Made by a program: the position numbers and the translations under genes
Assembly (NCBI GenBank): GCA_964291265.2
Contig: OZ219747.1
Span: 3,008,001 to 3,072,000, forward strand
Direction: 5' to 3'
Origin: Alphaproteobacteria bacterium
GTDB lineage: Bacteria > Pseudomonadota > Alphaproteobacteria > SP197
Length of the DNA stretch: 64,000 nt
Shown here: in pieces, positions 43,001-58,000 of the stretch
Layout: every line of letters starts with the position of its first letter
Numbering within the stretch: the stretch's first letter is position 1
Notes under the pieces: model-generated
Seen by the model: the letters and a program-made list of their open reading frames with translations, nothing else
Databases searched by the model: none
What the model was told of the DNA's origin: nothing

Positions 43001-46000
43001 GGTGGATGCAAACGGCGCTGGTGTTGCGTCCTCCGAAGCGAGCGCGATGTTGGCGACCCGCGGCGTGACGGTGGGCACGGGTTCACTGACGGTGCGGGAG
43101 GGCGGCAGCGGGGCCTACACGGTGGTTCTGGATGCTGTTCCGTCGGGTCCTGTGACGGTGACGCCGTCGAGCGGTGATCGGTCGGTGGCGATGGTGTCGG
43201 GTCCGCTGACCTTCACGGCTGCGGACTGGAGCAAGCCGCAGACGGTGACGGTGACGGGGGTTCGCGACGAGGACACGGCCGACGAGGACGTCGTGGTGAG
43301 CCATGCGGTGTCGGGGGGCGGCTATGCGGGGGTTCGGGTGTCGTCCGTGACGGTGACGGTGACGGACACGACGCCGGTTCTGACATTGCCGACGGCGCCT
43401 GCGGCGGTGGTGGAGGGCCGGCCGATCGTGCTGACGGTGGCTTCGGACCGTCCCCTGACGGGCGGTCTGCGGGTGAACCTGACGCTGTCGGACCCGGAGA
43501 CGAGCGGCTTTGCGGCCAACGACGTGGCGGGCGGTCTGACGCAGGCTGTGGAGGCGGATTTCGGGAGCGGCGGGAGGACGGCGACGGTGTCGATCCCGAC
43601 GGTGGCGGACATCTCGGTGGAGGGGACGGAGAGCTATCTTGTGACCCTGAACGACGGTCCGGGCTATGCGCCGGGCGTGGCGGTCGTCGTCGCGGGCGAG
43701 CTGTCCGACGCGCCGCGGCGGCCGGAGAAGCCGACCTCGCTGAGGGCCACGGCGTCGGAAGACCGGGTGACGCTGACCTGGACCGCGCAGGCCGACCCCT
43801 CGATCCGGGGGTGGCAGTATCGGGAGCGCGTCAAGGGGTACAGCAGCTGGCTCCTTTTCCTTGGGTCGGGGGTCAAAGTGGCCCATGCGAGCGCCGGAGC
43901 CGGCGCGGCCGTCAGGGCCCGCACCATCGACATGACCCGGGAATACTCAAGCGACGGTAGCGTGAAGAATACGGTCAGGCGTGTCTACAACGGTTTTGTG
44001 CTGGAGTATCAGATCCGGTCCTGGAACGACGAGGGGGAGGGTCCCTGGTCGGACATTGCGGAGGTCGTGACCGTCAACGCCGATTCCGGTGCCACGGTGA
44101 TCGTCAGCCGGGACGCGATCGCTTTGCGCCCGGGCGACAGCGCCACATGGTCGGTGGCGATGAACAGCGTCCTCGCCGGAAAGGTCTCGCTCAGCGCCCG
44201 CGGCGCGGGCGGGGTGAGGGTGGAGCCGTCGGTGCTGACCTTCGCTGGCGGCAGCGGTCAGATCCCCCAGGAGGTGACGGTGACCGGCCTCGTCGAGGGC
44301 CGCGCCACGATCGTGCATGCATATACGGGGCTGGGGTCGACCGCCGTCAACGTAGCGAACGCGGCCGAGGTCGCGGTGACGGTGACCAGGAGCGGCGCGA
44401 TCAGCCCGGTGCGCCCGGCCGGCTTCACCGCCACCGCCGGGGACAAGCGGGTCGTGCTCCGCTGGAGCGACCCGGGCGACGCGACGATCGCGACGTGGCA
44501 ACTGCGGCAGCGCCGGTCGGCAAGCAACACCGCATGGGCTCGCTTTCCATGGACCGACATTCCCTCCTCCGACAAGGACACGGTGAGCCACACGGTGACG
44601 GGTCTGGACGGCGGCCGGTCCTACGACTTCCAGGTTCGCGCGGTGAACGCCGTGGGTCCGGGTCCGGCGTCGGCGACGCGGAGCGCGGTGCCGACGGGGG
44701 GCGCGAGCGTGACGGTGACGCCGATCCGCCTCACGGTGGACGAGGGCGGGACCGGTTCCTTCACGATCGTGCTGAACGAGGAGCCGACCGTCGCCAGGCT
44801 GCGGGTGGAAGCGAAGATAGACAGAACCTCTCCGCAGCACAGCTTTGCCGAGGACGGTCTCTTTTTCGAGGCCTCGACAGCAAGGGACAAATCGGACAGA
44901 TACGAAACGATCTTTCTGACCTTCACCCCCGGCAACTGGAACATCCCGCAGAAGGTGACCCTGAGGGGGCTGCGGGACAGGGACGACAGGGACGACCCGA
45001 TCACGGTCGTGATCGATCAAGGGCCCTCGGGGGGCCTTTGGCACAGATCGAATTACCGGGGCATCGACATACCGAACGTGACGGTGACGATTCGTGACGC
45101 GTCGCCGGCGCTGCAGCTTCTGTCCGACCCGGCGCCGGTGACGGAGGGGACGCCGGTCCGCCTGACGGTGACGGCGGACCGGAAGCGGACCGGCACGCTG
45201 CCGGTGAACCTGACACTGTCCTCCCGGTCGTTCGGCGGCTTCGACGCTTCGGACATCCCCGGCGCTCTGACGCAGACCTTCGAGGCGGACTTCGGCAGTA
45301 CGCCGAGCCGGACGGGGACGGTGTCGATTCCGACCCTGGCGGATGCGGACACCGCGGAGGGGGCGGAGGCATACGCGATCAGGCTGAACCCGGTGGTCGG
45401 CGGCTACACGGTCGGGGACGACGTCACGGCCGAGGGGGTGCTGAACGACGGCGCGGCGGCGACCCGCCCGGCGCGTCCGACGGGTCTTGCGGCGACGGCG
45501 GGCGACGGGGCGGTGGCGCTCATGTGGGACGACCCGCAGGACGCGACGATCACCGGGTGGCAGGTGCGCCACAGCGCCATGGTCTCGGGCTGGCAGGGGG
45601 CGTCGTGGACCGATGTTCCCGATGCCGGTGCGGGCACCACGACACACAGGGTGACGGGCCTCGTCAACGACCGGGGCTACCGCTTCCAGGTGCGCGCGGT
45701 CAACCCGGCCGGCAGCAGCCTGCCGTCGGACGTTGTCGTTGCCACGCCCAACGCCGTGCCCTGCAGGATCGGGCTCGCGGGCCTTGACGGCGGGGCCATC
45801 GACGCCGGCAGGGCGACCGTTTCGTTCCAGGTCAAGGTGCCGGCGAACTGCGGGCGGATCACCGACGTGCGGCGCCAGGTCAAGACGACCGCCCAGGAGT
45901 GGAGCGACGTGCCGTGGACGCCGCTGGCCGTGCGTGCGGTGCGTGGCTGGCCGAATGCCGGTGCGGCGCGCACCGGCAAGGAAACGGCGGAGCTGACCGT

Positions 46001-49000
46001 TGAGCGGGGACGCCTTGATGTCCGCGTGCGCGCCTTCAACCAGCAGGCCGCCGGGCCGGTGTCCGAGACCGCATGGGCCTGGTTCGGCGCGCCGGACGCG
46101 CCGACCGGGTTCACCGCCGCGCCGGGTGATGGACAGGTGACGCTGACCTGGAACGCCCAGCCCGACCAGGGCGTCACCGGCTGGCGCTACACCTATCGGC
46201 CGAGTGATTCGAGCGAGTGGACCACGGTCCCGGTCGCGGGCGCCGCCACCACTACCACCACCGTCACCGGCCTCACAAACGGCACGCAATACCTCTTCCA
46301 TGTCCGCGCCGTGGGACACAATTGGAGCGACTGGTCCGCCGTGGCTGCCGTGACACCAGTGAACGCGCCGCCCTGCAGGATCGGGATCGCGGAACCCAGG
46401 GGTAGCGCCATTTCCGCCGGGGCCGAGGCCTCCCTGTCCTTCCGGGTCAAGGTCCCGGCCAACTGCGGGCGGATCACCGATATCCAGCGTCAGATCAAGA
46501 CTGTCGCCGAGGACTGGGACGATGTCTCCTGGACTCCGCTCTCCACACCGGGCGCGCGCAGTTGGCCGAACGCCAATACGCCGGCCACCGGCAAGGAAAC
46601 CGCAACGCTGGCCAATGCACAGCGCGGACGCCATGACGTCCGCGTGCGTGCCTTCAACGAGGAGGCTGGCGGCCAGGTGTCCGAGACCGCCTGGGCCTGG
46701 ATCGGGGCTCCGGATGCGCCATCCGGGTTCGCCGCCGCGCCGGGCGACGGGCGGATGACGCTGACCTGGGACGCGCAGCCCGATCAGGCCATCAGCGTCT
46801 GGCGCTACCGCTACCGGAGCGGTTCGGGCCCTTGGGTGGAGTCGGTCCTTGCGGGTTCCGTCCCTAGCTCGTTCACGATCACGGGCTTGATCAACGGCAC
46901 GGAGTATGTCTTCCAGCTCCGTGCCGAGGGCCAAGGGCCCGGCGCGTGGTCTGCGGAGGTCAAGGCGACGCCAGCGGCGCCCCGGTCGGTCTGGGTGCCG
47001 AGGACGCTGACCGTGGCCGAGGACGCCGGTGCAGTGACGGTGACGGTCACGGCGAGCGAGGCCTTCGGGCAGGGCGTCGCTTTCAACGTTACCTACGGCG
47101 GCACGGCGACCGGGGCCGCGGCCCCGGCCGAGGGCGACTACGACAACGACGCCGTCACCGAAGTTACGTTCTCTGCCACCGAGACGGAGAAGGCCATTGT
47201 CATCCCGATCACGAACGACGACGACGTGGAAGGTAACGAAACCTTCACGGTAAGCGTAACCCCGGCAGGTGGTCTGCCCGACGGCTGGACGCTGGGCAAC
47301 ACGACGACGACGGTGACCATCGCCGACGACGACAGGGCGGCGCTCGCCATCGCTGACGTGACGGCGGCCGAGGGGGCAACGTTCGCCTTCACGGTGACCG
47401 CGTCTCCGGTGCTGTCGGAGCCCGTGGGGTTCAAGTACAAGGTCACGGCGGCGAGCGGCGACACGGCGGCCGCGGGCGAGGACTTCACCGCGGTCACAAC
47501 GGCGACGGCGGCGACGATCGCAGGGGGTGAGGCAACGGCGACCATCACGGTTGCCGTGACGGATGACAGTCTCGACGAAGACGACGAGACCTTCACGGTG
47601 ACGCTGTCGGAACCGTCAGCCGGGGTGAGGATTGGCGACGCGACCGCTCGGGGCACCATCACCGACAACGACGAGCCCCCGGCGCTGGCCATCGCCGCGC
47701 CGCCGGCGGCGGTGACGGAAGGCGACAGCGGCTCCACCGACATGGCCTTCACGGTGACCCTGGACGCGGCCAGCGGGCGAACGGTGACGGTGAACCATGC
47801 GGTCGCCGGGACGGCGACGGCGACGGCGGGGACGGACTTCACCGGCGGCGCCGGCACCCTGAGCTTCGCCCCCGGCGAGACGACGAAGTCGATCACGCTG
47901 TCGGTGACCGGCGACGAGACGGACGAGGCCGACGAGACCGTGGTGCTGACCCTGTCGAACGCGCAGAACGCGACCATCGCCACGCCGACGGCGAGCGCCA
48001 CGATCACCGACGACGACGCCTCGCCGGTGCTGGCGGCGCTGACCGCCCTGACGGTGAAGGTGGGCGAGGAGGCCTCGCTGACGGCGCGCGCCAGCGACGC
48101 CGACAACGACCCCATCACCTATGCCTGGAGGCGGACCTCCGGACCGACCCTGCCCTCCGGGGCCACGCTCGATGCGGCCACGCTCCGCTTCACCCCGACC
48201 GCGCCCGGCGCCTACGCGATGACGGTGACCGCCTCGGACGGCAAGGGCAACGCCGACAGCGCGAGCGTGACCATCACGGTCAACCCGGCGACGGCGGTCT
48301 CCGTGCCGCGGACGCTCGGCGTCGCCGAGAACGCGGGCACGGCCGATATCGCGATCACCACGCCCGCGGCCTTCGGCCAGAGCGTCGCCTTCGCCGTCAC
48401 CTATGGCGGCGCGGCGACCGGGGCCAACGACCCGGCCGAGGGCGACTACGACAACGACGCCGTCACCGAGGTCACCTTCAACGCGACGGACAAGACGAAG
48501 ACCATCAGCGTGCCGATCACCGACGATGTGCTCGACGAGAACAACGAGACCTTCACGGTGACCATCGCCCTGGCCGAGGGCCAGAGCCTGCCTCGAGGTT
48601 TCGTGCTGGGCAACACGACGACGACGGTGACCATCACCGACGACGACACCCTGGCCACCACCTGGACGCTGAGCCTCGATCCGGCGACCCTGGCCGAGGC
48701 GAGCGCCACGACTCAAGTCACGCTGACGGCGACGCGCGCCGGCACGGCGACCGCGCTGGCGGCGACCGAGATCGCCGTCAGCGTGGCCGGCGGCACGGCG
48801 ACCGCGGGCGAGGACTTCACCGCGGTCACCGGGTTCACCCTCACGGTGGCCCCCGGCGCCACGACGGGCACGGCGGACTTCAACCTCGCGGTCACCGACG
48901 ACGCCCGCGACGAGGCCGACGAGACGCTGACCGTCACCGGCGTCCTCGCCGGCAACACCATCACACCGGCCAGGCTCACCATCACCGACAACGACGAGCC

Positions 49001-52000
49001 CCCGGCGCTGGCCATCGCCGCGCCGCCGGCGGCGGTGACGGAAGGCGACAGCGGCTCCACCGACATGGCCTTCACGGTGACCCTGGACGCGGCCAGCGGG
49101 CGAACGGTGACGGTGAACCATGCGGTCGCCGGGACGGCGACGGCGACGGCGGGGACGGACTTCACCGGCGGCGCCGGCACCCTGAGCTTCGCCCCCGGCG
49201 AGACGACGAAGTCGATCACGCTGTCGGTGACCGGCGACGAGACGGACGAGGCCGACGAGACCGTGGTGCTGACCCTGTCGAACGCGCAGAACGCGACCAT
49301 CGCCACGCCGACGGCGAGCGCCACGATCACCGACGACGACGCCTCGCCGGTGCTGGCGGCGCTGACCGCCCTGACGGTGAAGGTGGGCGAGGAGGCCTCG
49401 CTGACGGCGCGCGCCAGCGACGCCGACAACGACCCCATCACCTATGCCTGGAGGCGGACCTCCGGACCGACCCTGCCCTCCGGGGCCACGCTCGATGCGG
49501 CCACGCTCCGCTTCACCCCGACCGCGCCCGGCGCCTACGCGATGACGGTGACCGCCTCGGACGGCAAGGGCAACGCCGACAGCGCGAGCGTGACCATCAC
49601 GGTCAACCCGGCGACGGCGGTCTCCGTGCCGCGGACGCTCGGCGTCGCCGAGAACGCGGGCACGGCCGATATCGCGATCACCACGCCCGCGGCCTTCGGC
49701 CAGAGCGTCGCCTTCGCCGTCACCTATGGCGGCGCGGCGACCGGGGCCAACGACCCGGCCGAGGGCGACTACGACAACGACGCCGTCACCGAGGTCACCT
49801 TCAACGCGACGGACAAGACGAAGACCATCAGCGTGCCGATCACCGACGATGTGCTCGACGAGAACAACGAGACCTTCACGGTGACCATCGCCCTGGCCGA
49901 GGGCCAGAGCCTGCCTCGAGGTTTCGTGCTGGGCAACACGACGACGACGGTGACCATCACCGACGACGACACCCTGGCCACCACCTGGACGCTGAGCCTC
50001 GATCCGGCGACCCTGGCCGAGGCGAGCGCCACGACTCAAGTCACGCTGACGGCGACGCGCGCCGGCACGGCGACCGCGCTGGCGGCGACCGAGATCGCCG
50101 TCAGCGTGGCCGGCGGCACGGCGACCGCGGGCGAGGACTTCACCGCGGTCACCGGGTTCACCCTCACGGTGGCCCCCGGCGCCACGACGGGCACGGCGGA
50201 CTTCAACCTCGCGGTCACCGACGACGCCCGCGACGAGGCCGACGAGACGCTGACCGTCACCGGCGTCCTCGCCGGCAACACCATCACACCGGCCAGGCTC
50301 ACCATCACCGACAACGACGAGCCCCCGGCGCTGGCCATCGCCGCGCCGCCGGCGGCGGTGACGGAAGGCGACAGCGGCTCCACCGACATGGCCTTCACGG
50401 TGACCCTGGACGCGGCCAGCGGGCGAACGGTGACGGTGAACCATGCGGTCGCCGGGACGGCGACGGCGACGGCGGGGACGGACTTCACCGGCGGCGCCGG
50501 CACCCTGAGCTTCGCCCCCGGCGAGACGACGAAGTCGATCACGCTGTCGGTGACCGGCGACGAGACGGACGAGGCCGACGAGACCGTGGTGCTGACCCTG
50601 TCGAACGCGCAGAACGCGACCATCGCCACGCCGACGGCGAGCGCCACGATCACCGACGACGACGCCTCGCCGGTGCTGGCGGCGCTGACCGCCCTGACGG
50701 TGAAGGTGGGCGAGGAGGCCTCGCTGACGGCGCGCGCCAGCGACGCCGACAACGACCCCATCACCTATGCCTGGAGGCGGACCTCCGGACCGACCCTGCC
50801 CTCCGGGGCCACGCTCGATGCGGCCACGCTCCGCTTCACCCCGACCGCGCCCGGCGCCTACGCGATGACGGTGACCGCCTCGGACGGCAAGGGCAACGCC
50901 GACAGCGCGAGCGTGACCATCACGGTCAACCCGGCGACGGCGGTCTCCGTGCCGCGGACGCTCGGCGTCGCCGAGAACGCGGGCACGGCCGATATCGCGA
51001 TCACCACGCCCGCGGCCTTCGGCCAGAGCGTCGCCTTCGCCGTCACCTATGGCGGCGCGGCGACCGGGGCCAACGACCCGGCCGAGGGCGACTACGACAA
51101 CGACGCCGTCACCGAGGTCACCTTCAACGCGACGGACAAGACGAAGACCATCAGCGTGCCGATCACCGACGATGTGCTCGACGAGAACAACGAGACCTTC
51201 ACGGTGACCATCGCCCTGGCCGAGGGCCAGAGCCTGCCTCGAGGTTTCGTGCTGGGCAACACGACGACGACGGTGACCATCACCGACGACGACACCCTGG
51301 CCACCACCTGGACGCTGAGCCTCGATCCGGCGACCCTGGCCGAGGCGAGCGCCACGACTCAAGTCACGCTGACGGCGACGCGCGCCGGCACGGCGACCGC
51401 GCTGGCGGCGACCGAGATCGCCGTCAGCGTGGCCGGCGGCACGGCGACCGCGGGCGAGGACTTCACCGCGGTCACCGGGTTCACCCTCACGGTGGCCCCC
51501 GGCGCCACGACGGGCACGGCGGACTTCAACCTCGCGGTCACCGACGACGCCCGCGACGAGGCCGACGAGACGCTGACCGTCACCGGCGTCCTCGCCGGCA
51601 ACACCATCACACCGGCCAGGCTCACCATCACCGACAACGACGAGCCCCCGGCGCTGGCCATCGCCGCGCCGCCGGCGGCGGTGACGGAAGGCGACAGCGG
51701 CTCCACCGACATGGCCTTCACGGTGACCCTGGACGCGGCCAGCGGGCGAACGGTGACGGTGAACCATGCGGTCGCCGGGACGGCGACGGCGACGGCGGGG
51801 ACGGACTTCACCGGCGGCGCCGGCACCCTGAGCTTCGCCCCCGGCGAGACGACGAAGTCGATCACGCTGTCGGTGACCGGCGACGAGACGGACGAGGCCG
51901 ACGAGACCGTGGTGCTGACCCTGTCGAACGCGCAGAACGCGACCATCGCCACGCCGACGGCGAGCGCCACGATCACCGACGACGACGCCTCGCCGGTGCT

Positions 52001-55000
52001 GGCGGCGCTGACCGCCCTGACGGTGAAGGTGGGCGAGGAGGCCTCGCTGACGGCGCGCGCCAGCGACGCCGACAACGACCCCATCACCTATGCCTGGAGG
52101 CGGACCTCCGGACCGACCCTGCCCTCCGGGGCCACGCTCGATGCGGCCACGCTCCGCTTCACCCCGACCGCGCCCGGCGCCTACGCGATGACGGTGACCG
52201 CCTCGGACGGCAAGGGCAACGCCGACAGCGCGAGCGTGACCATCACGGTCAACCCGGCGACGGCGGTCTCCGTGCCGCGGACGCTCGGCGTCGCCGAGAA
52301 CGCGGGCACGGCCGATATCGCGATCACCACGCCCGCGGCCTTCGGCCAGAGCGTCGCCTTCGCCGTCACCTATGGCGGCGCGGCGACCGGGGCCAACGAC
52401 CCGGCCGAGGGCGACTACGACAACGACGCCGTCACCGAGGTCACCTTCAACGCGACGGACAAGACGAAGACCATCAGCGTGCCGATCACCGACGATGTGC
52501 TCGACGAGAACAACGAGACCTTCACGGTGACCATCGCCCTGGCCGAGGGCCAGAGCCTGCCTCGAGGTTTCGTGCTGGGCAACACGACGACGACGGTGAC
52601 CATCACCGACGACGACACCCTGGCCACCACCTGGACGCTGAGCCTCGATCCGGCGACCCTGGCCGAGGCGAGCGCCACGACTCAAGTCACGCTGACGGCG
52701 ACGCGCGCCGGCACGGCGACCGCGCTGGCGGCGACCGAGATCGCCGTCAGCGTGGCCGGCGGCACGGCGACCGCGGGCGAGGACTTCACCGCGGTCACCG
52801 GGTTCACCCTCACGGTGGCCCCCGGCGCCACGACGGGCACGGCGGACTTCAACCTCGCGGTCACCGACGACGCCCGCGACGAGGCCGACGAGACGCTGAC
52901 CGTCACCGGCGTCCTCGCCGGCAACACCATCACACCGGCCAGGCTCACCATCACCGACAACGACGAGCCCCCGGCGCTGGCCATCGCCGCGCCGCCGGCG
53001 GCGGTGACGGAAGGCGACAGCGGCTCCACCGACATGGCCTTCACGGTGACCCTGGACGCGGCCAGCGGGCGAACGGTGACGGTGAACCATGCGGTCGCCG
53101 GGACGGCGACGGCGACGGCGGGGACGGACTTCACCGGCGGCGCCGGCACCCTGAGCTTCGCCCCCGGCGAGACGACGAAGTCGATCACGCTGTCGGTGAC
53201 CGGCGACGAGACGGACGAGGCCGACGAGACCGTGGTGCTGACCCTGTCGAACGCGCAGAACGCGACCATCGCCACGCCGACGGCGAGCGCCACGATCACC
53301 GACGACGACGCCTCGCCGGTGCTGGCGGCGCTGACCGCCCTGACGCTGAAGGTGGGCGAGGAGGCCTCGCTGACGGCGCGCGCCAGCGACGCCGACAACG
53401 ACCCCATCACCTATGCCTGGAGGCGGACCTCCGGACCGACCCTGCCCTCCGGGGCCACGCTCGATGCGGCCACGCTCCGCTTCACCCCGACCGCGCCCGG
53501 CGCCTACGCGATGACGGTGACCGCCTCGGACGGCAAGGGCAACGCCGACAGCGCGAGCGTGACCATCACGGTCAACCCGGCGACGGCGGTCTCCGTGCCG
53601 CGGACGCTCGGCGTCGCCGAGAACGCGGGCACGGCCGATATCGCGATCACCACGCCCGCGGCCTTCGGCCAGAGCGTCGCCTTCGCCGTCACCTATGGCG
53701 GCGCGGCGACCGGGGCCAACGACCCGGCCGAGGGCGACTACGACAACGACGCCGTCACCGAGGTCACCTTCAACGCGACGGACAAGACGAAGACCATCAG
53801 CGTGCCGATCACCGACGATGTGCTCGACGAGAACAACGAGACCTTCACGGTGACCATCGCCCTGGCCGAGGGCCAGAGCCTGCCTCGAGGTTTCGTGCTG
53901 GGCAACACGACGACGACGGTGACCATCACCGACGACGACACCCTGGCCACCACCTGGACGCTGAGCCTCGATCCGGCGACCCTGGCCGAGGCGAGCGCCA
54001 CGACTCAAGTCACGCTGACGGCGACGCGCGCCGGCACGGCGACCGCGCTGGCGGCGACCGAGATCGCCGTCAGCGTGGCCGGCGGCACGGCGACCGCGGG
54101 CGAGGACTTCACCGCGGTCACCGGGTTCACCCTCACGGTGGCCCCCGGCGCCACGACGGGCACGGCGGACTTCAACCTCGCGGTCACCGACGACGCCCGC
54201 GACGAGGCCGACGAGACGCTGACCGTCACCGGCGTCCTCGCCGGCAACACCATCACACCGGCCAGGCTCACCATCACCGACAACGACGAGCCCCCGGCGC
54301 TGGCCATCGCCGCGCCGCCGGCGGCGGTGACGGAAGGCGACAGCGGCTCCACCGACATGGCCTTCACGGTGACCCTGGACGCGGCCAGCGGGCGCCCGGT
54401 GACGGTGAACCATGCGGTCGCCGGGACGGCGACGGCGACGCCGGGGACGGACTTCACCGGCGGCGCCGGCACCCTGAGCTTCGCCCCCGGCGAGACGACG
54501 AAGTCGATCACGCTGTCGGTGACCGGCGACGAGACGGACGAGGCCGACGAGACCGTGGTGCTGACCCTGTCGAACGCGCAGAACGCGACCATCGCCACGC
54601 CGACGGCGAGCGCCACGATCACCGACGACGACGCCTCGCCGGTGCTGGCGGCGCTGACCGCCCTGACGCTGAAGGTGGGCGAGGAGGCCTCGCTGACGGC
54701 GCGCGCCAGCGACGCCGACAACGACCCCATCACCTATGCCTGGAGGCGGACCTCCGGACCGACCCTGCCCTCCGGGGCCACGCTCGATGCGGCCACGCTC
54801 CGCTTCACCCCGACCGCGCCCGGCGCCTACGCGATGACGGTGACCGCCTCGGACGGCAAGGGCAACGCCGACAGCGCGAGCGTGACCATCACGGTCAACC
54901 CGGCGACGGCGGTCTCCGTGCCGCGGACGCTCGGCGTCGCCGAGAACGCGGGCACGGCCGATATCGCGATCACCACGCCCGCGGCCTTCGGCCAGAGCGT

Positions 55001-58000
55001 CGCCTTCGCCGTCACCTATGGCGGCGCGGCGACCGGGGCCAACGACCCGGCCGAGGGCGACTACGACAACGACGCCGTCACCGAGGTCACCTTCAACGCG
55101 ACGGACAAGACGAAGACCATCAGCGTGCCGATCACCGACGATGTGCTCGACGAGAACAACGAGACCTTCACGGTGACCATCGCCCTGGCCGAGGGCCAGA
55201 GCCTGCCTCGAGGTTTCGTGCTGGGCAACACGACGACGACGGTGACCATCACCGACGACGACACCCTGGCCACCACCTGGACGCTGAGCCTCGATCCGGC
55301 GACCCTGGCCGAGGCGAGCGCCACGACTCAAGTCACGCTGACGGCGACGCGCGCCGGCACGGCGACCGCGCTGGCGGCGACCGAGATCGCCGTCAGCGTG
55401 GCCGGCGGCACGGCGACCGCGGGCGAGGACTTCACCGCGGTCACCGGGTTCACCCTCACGGTGGCCCCCGGCGCCACGACGGGCACGGCGGACTTCAACC
55501 TCGCGGTCACCGACGACGCCCGCGACGAGGCCGACGAGACGCTGACCGTCACCGGCGTCCTCGCCGGCAACACCATCACACCGGCCAGGCTCACCATCAC
55601 CGACAACGACGAGCCCCCGGAGACGCCGGATCAGCCATCGGGCCTTGTGGCGACGCCGGGCGACGGCCGCGTGACACTGGTGTGGAGTGATCCGCAGGAC
55701 GCCAGCATCGTGAAGTGGCAGTTGCGCTACGGCAAGGTGGGCGAGTCGCTGAAGCGCTGGGCGGACATCGAGGGTTCCAGCGCCACGACCACGAGCCACA
55801 CGGTGACGGGTCTGGAGAACGGTTCGGCTTACCGCTTCCGGATCCGGACAGTGAAGCGTGGGAGCAAGGGCCTGCGTTCGGAAGACGTGACGGCGACGCC
55901 GTCGGCGGAGACGCCGGATCAGCCATCGGGCCTTGTGGCGACGCCGGGCGACGGCCGCGTGACACTGGTGTGGAGTGATCCGCAGGACGCCAGCATCGTG
56001 AAGTGGCAGTTGCGCTACGGCAAGGTGGGCCGGTCGCTGAAGCGCTGGGCGGACATCGAGGGTTCCAGCGCCACGACCACGAGCCACACGGTGACGGGTC
56101 TGGAGAACGGTTCGGCTTACCGCTTCCGGATCCGGACAGTGAAGCGTGGGAGCAAGGGCCTGCGTTCGGAAGACGTGACGGCGACGCCGTCGGCGGCGAC
56201 GCCGGATCAGCAATCGGGCCTTGTGGCGACGCCGGGCGACGGCCGGGTGACACTCTCGACGGCAGCGTTGACGGTGGAGGAAGGCGGCAGCGCCACCTAC
56301 ACGGTGGTGCTGAACGCGGAACCGTCAGGGAATGTCACGGTGACGGTGGGAGGCGCCTCGGGGGACGTGAGGGTGGAGCCTGCGAACCTCACCTTTACCG
56401 TGGCCGACTGGAGTGTGCCGCAGACGGTGACGGTATCGGCGGCGGAGGACGACGATGCGGTGGCGGACGCCGCCGTGACACTGACCCATGGCGCCTCGGG
56501 CGGCGGTTATGACGGTGTGGAGATCGCCTCGATCACGGTGACGGTGACGGAGAACGACGAGGCCGGTGTGACGGTTTCGGAGAGTGTGTTGACGGTGGAG
56601 GAAGGCGGCAGCGCCACCTACACGGTGGTGCTGGAAACGAAGCCGACGGGGGATGTCACGGTGACGGTGGGAGACGCCTCGGGGGACGTGAGGGTGGCGC
56701 CTTCGAGCCTCACCTTTACCGTGGCCGACTGGAGTGCGCCGCAGACGGTGACGGTATCGGCGGCGGAGGACGATGATGCGGTGGCGGATGCCGCCGTGAC
56801 GCTGACCCATGGCGCCTCGGGCGGTGGTTATGGCGGTGTGGAGATCGCCTCGATCACGGTGACGGTGACGGAGAATGACGAAGCCGGCGTGACGGTCTCG
56901 GAGAGTGCGTTGACGGTGGAGGAAGGCAGCAGCGCCACCTACACGGTGGTGCTGGAGACGGAGCCGGCGGGGGATGTCACGGTGATGCCGTCGAGTGCTG
57001 ACCTGTCGGCGGTGGCGGTGTCGGGACCGCTCATTTTCACGGCGTCGGACTGGAAGGTGCCGCAGACCGTGACGGTGACGGGGATGCTGGACGACGACAC
57101 GGACGATGTGGTGGCGGTTGTGAGCCACGCGGTGTCGGGGGGCGACTATGACGGTGTGACGGCGGATCCGGTGAGGGTGACGGTGACGGACATGACGCTC
57201 GCCTGGCAGGTTGAGCGTGCGAACCGGGTGAACGCTTCGGTGCTGCCGCAGGTGGCCGCTGCGGTGGTGTCGCAGACACTGTCGGCAGTGACGGAGCGTA
57301 TCGATGTGGCGGCGGCGGGAGATGAGGGATCCGGCTCGATGCAGTTCGGCGCCCTGCCGTCAGCGCCGGACGAGCCCGCGCGGGATTTCCTGCCGCGCCC
57401 GGAGCAATCCGGTCCCGGTCCGACCTTGGCCGAGGCGCTGGACGGGGCGTCCTTCATGCTTCCGCTGGGTGCGACCGAAGACGAAGCGATACCGCCGCGA
57501 GCGGTGATGTGGGGCCGGGGCGGGCGGGTGTCGCTGTCGGGATCGGAGCAGGGGGTGTCGTGGGACGGCGGCCTGTGGTCGGCGCAGCTGGGGGCGGATG
57601 TGCGCCTGCGGCGGAACCTGCTGGCCGGGATGGCGGTTTCCTGGTCGGAAGGCAAGGTGGACACCGGGACAGCCGACGGCGGTGGTGGCGAGGTGGATGG
57701 CACGCACGAGACGACGGTTACGTCGATCAACCCCTATCTGGCATGGCTGTCGCCGGACGGTTCGAACCTTTGGGCGAGTGTCGGCTACGGCTTGGGCGAG
57801 GTGCGGATTGCCGAAGGGGATGCGCCGGCGCGCAGGGCGGATCTGACCCAGTGGAGCGCCGCGGCAGGTGGCCGGGGAGTTCTGGTGGGGGATGCGGAGT
57901 TGATCGCCGGGGGCGTGACGCGCCTTGCAACAAAGGGTGAAGGGGCAGCGTCATGGCTGCGCACGGGAGTGGACCACGGACTGGCGGAGTTGACGGCAAA

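Noticed and set aside
27178-46319. Diversity-generating retroelement (RT plus duplicated adhesin segment)
   Set aside because: The RT has group II intron motifs (GTPQG, YADD, X domain) and flanking DV/DVI. The duplication is 3.3 kb and its differences are not adenine-specific.
47616-56213. 2865-aa ORF and the ~995-aa minus-strand ORFs over the adhesin
   Set aside because: Arg/Gly-rich antisense shadows of a GC-rich repetitive gene, with no domain signal.
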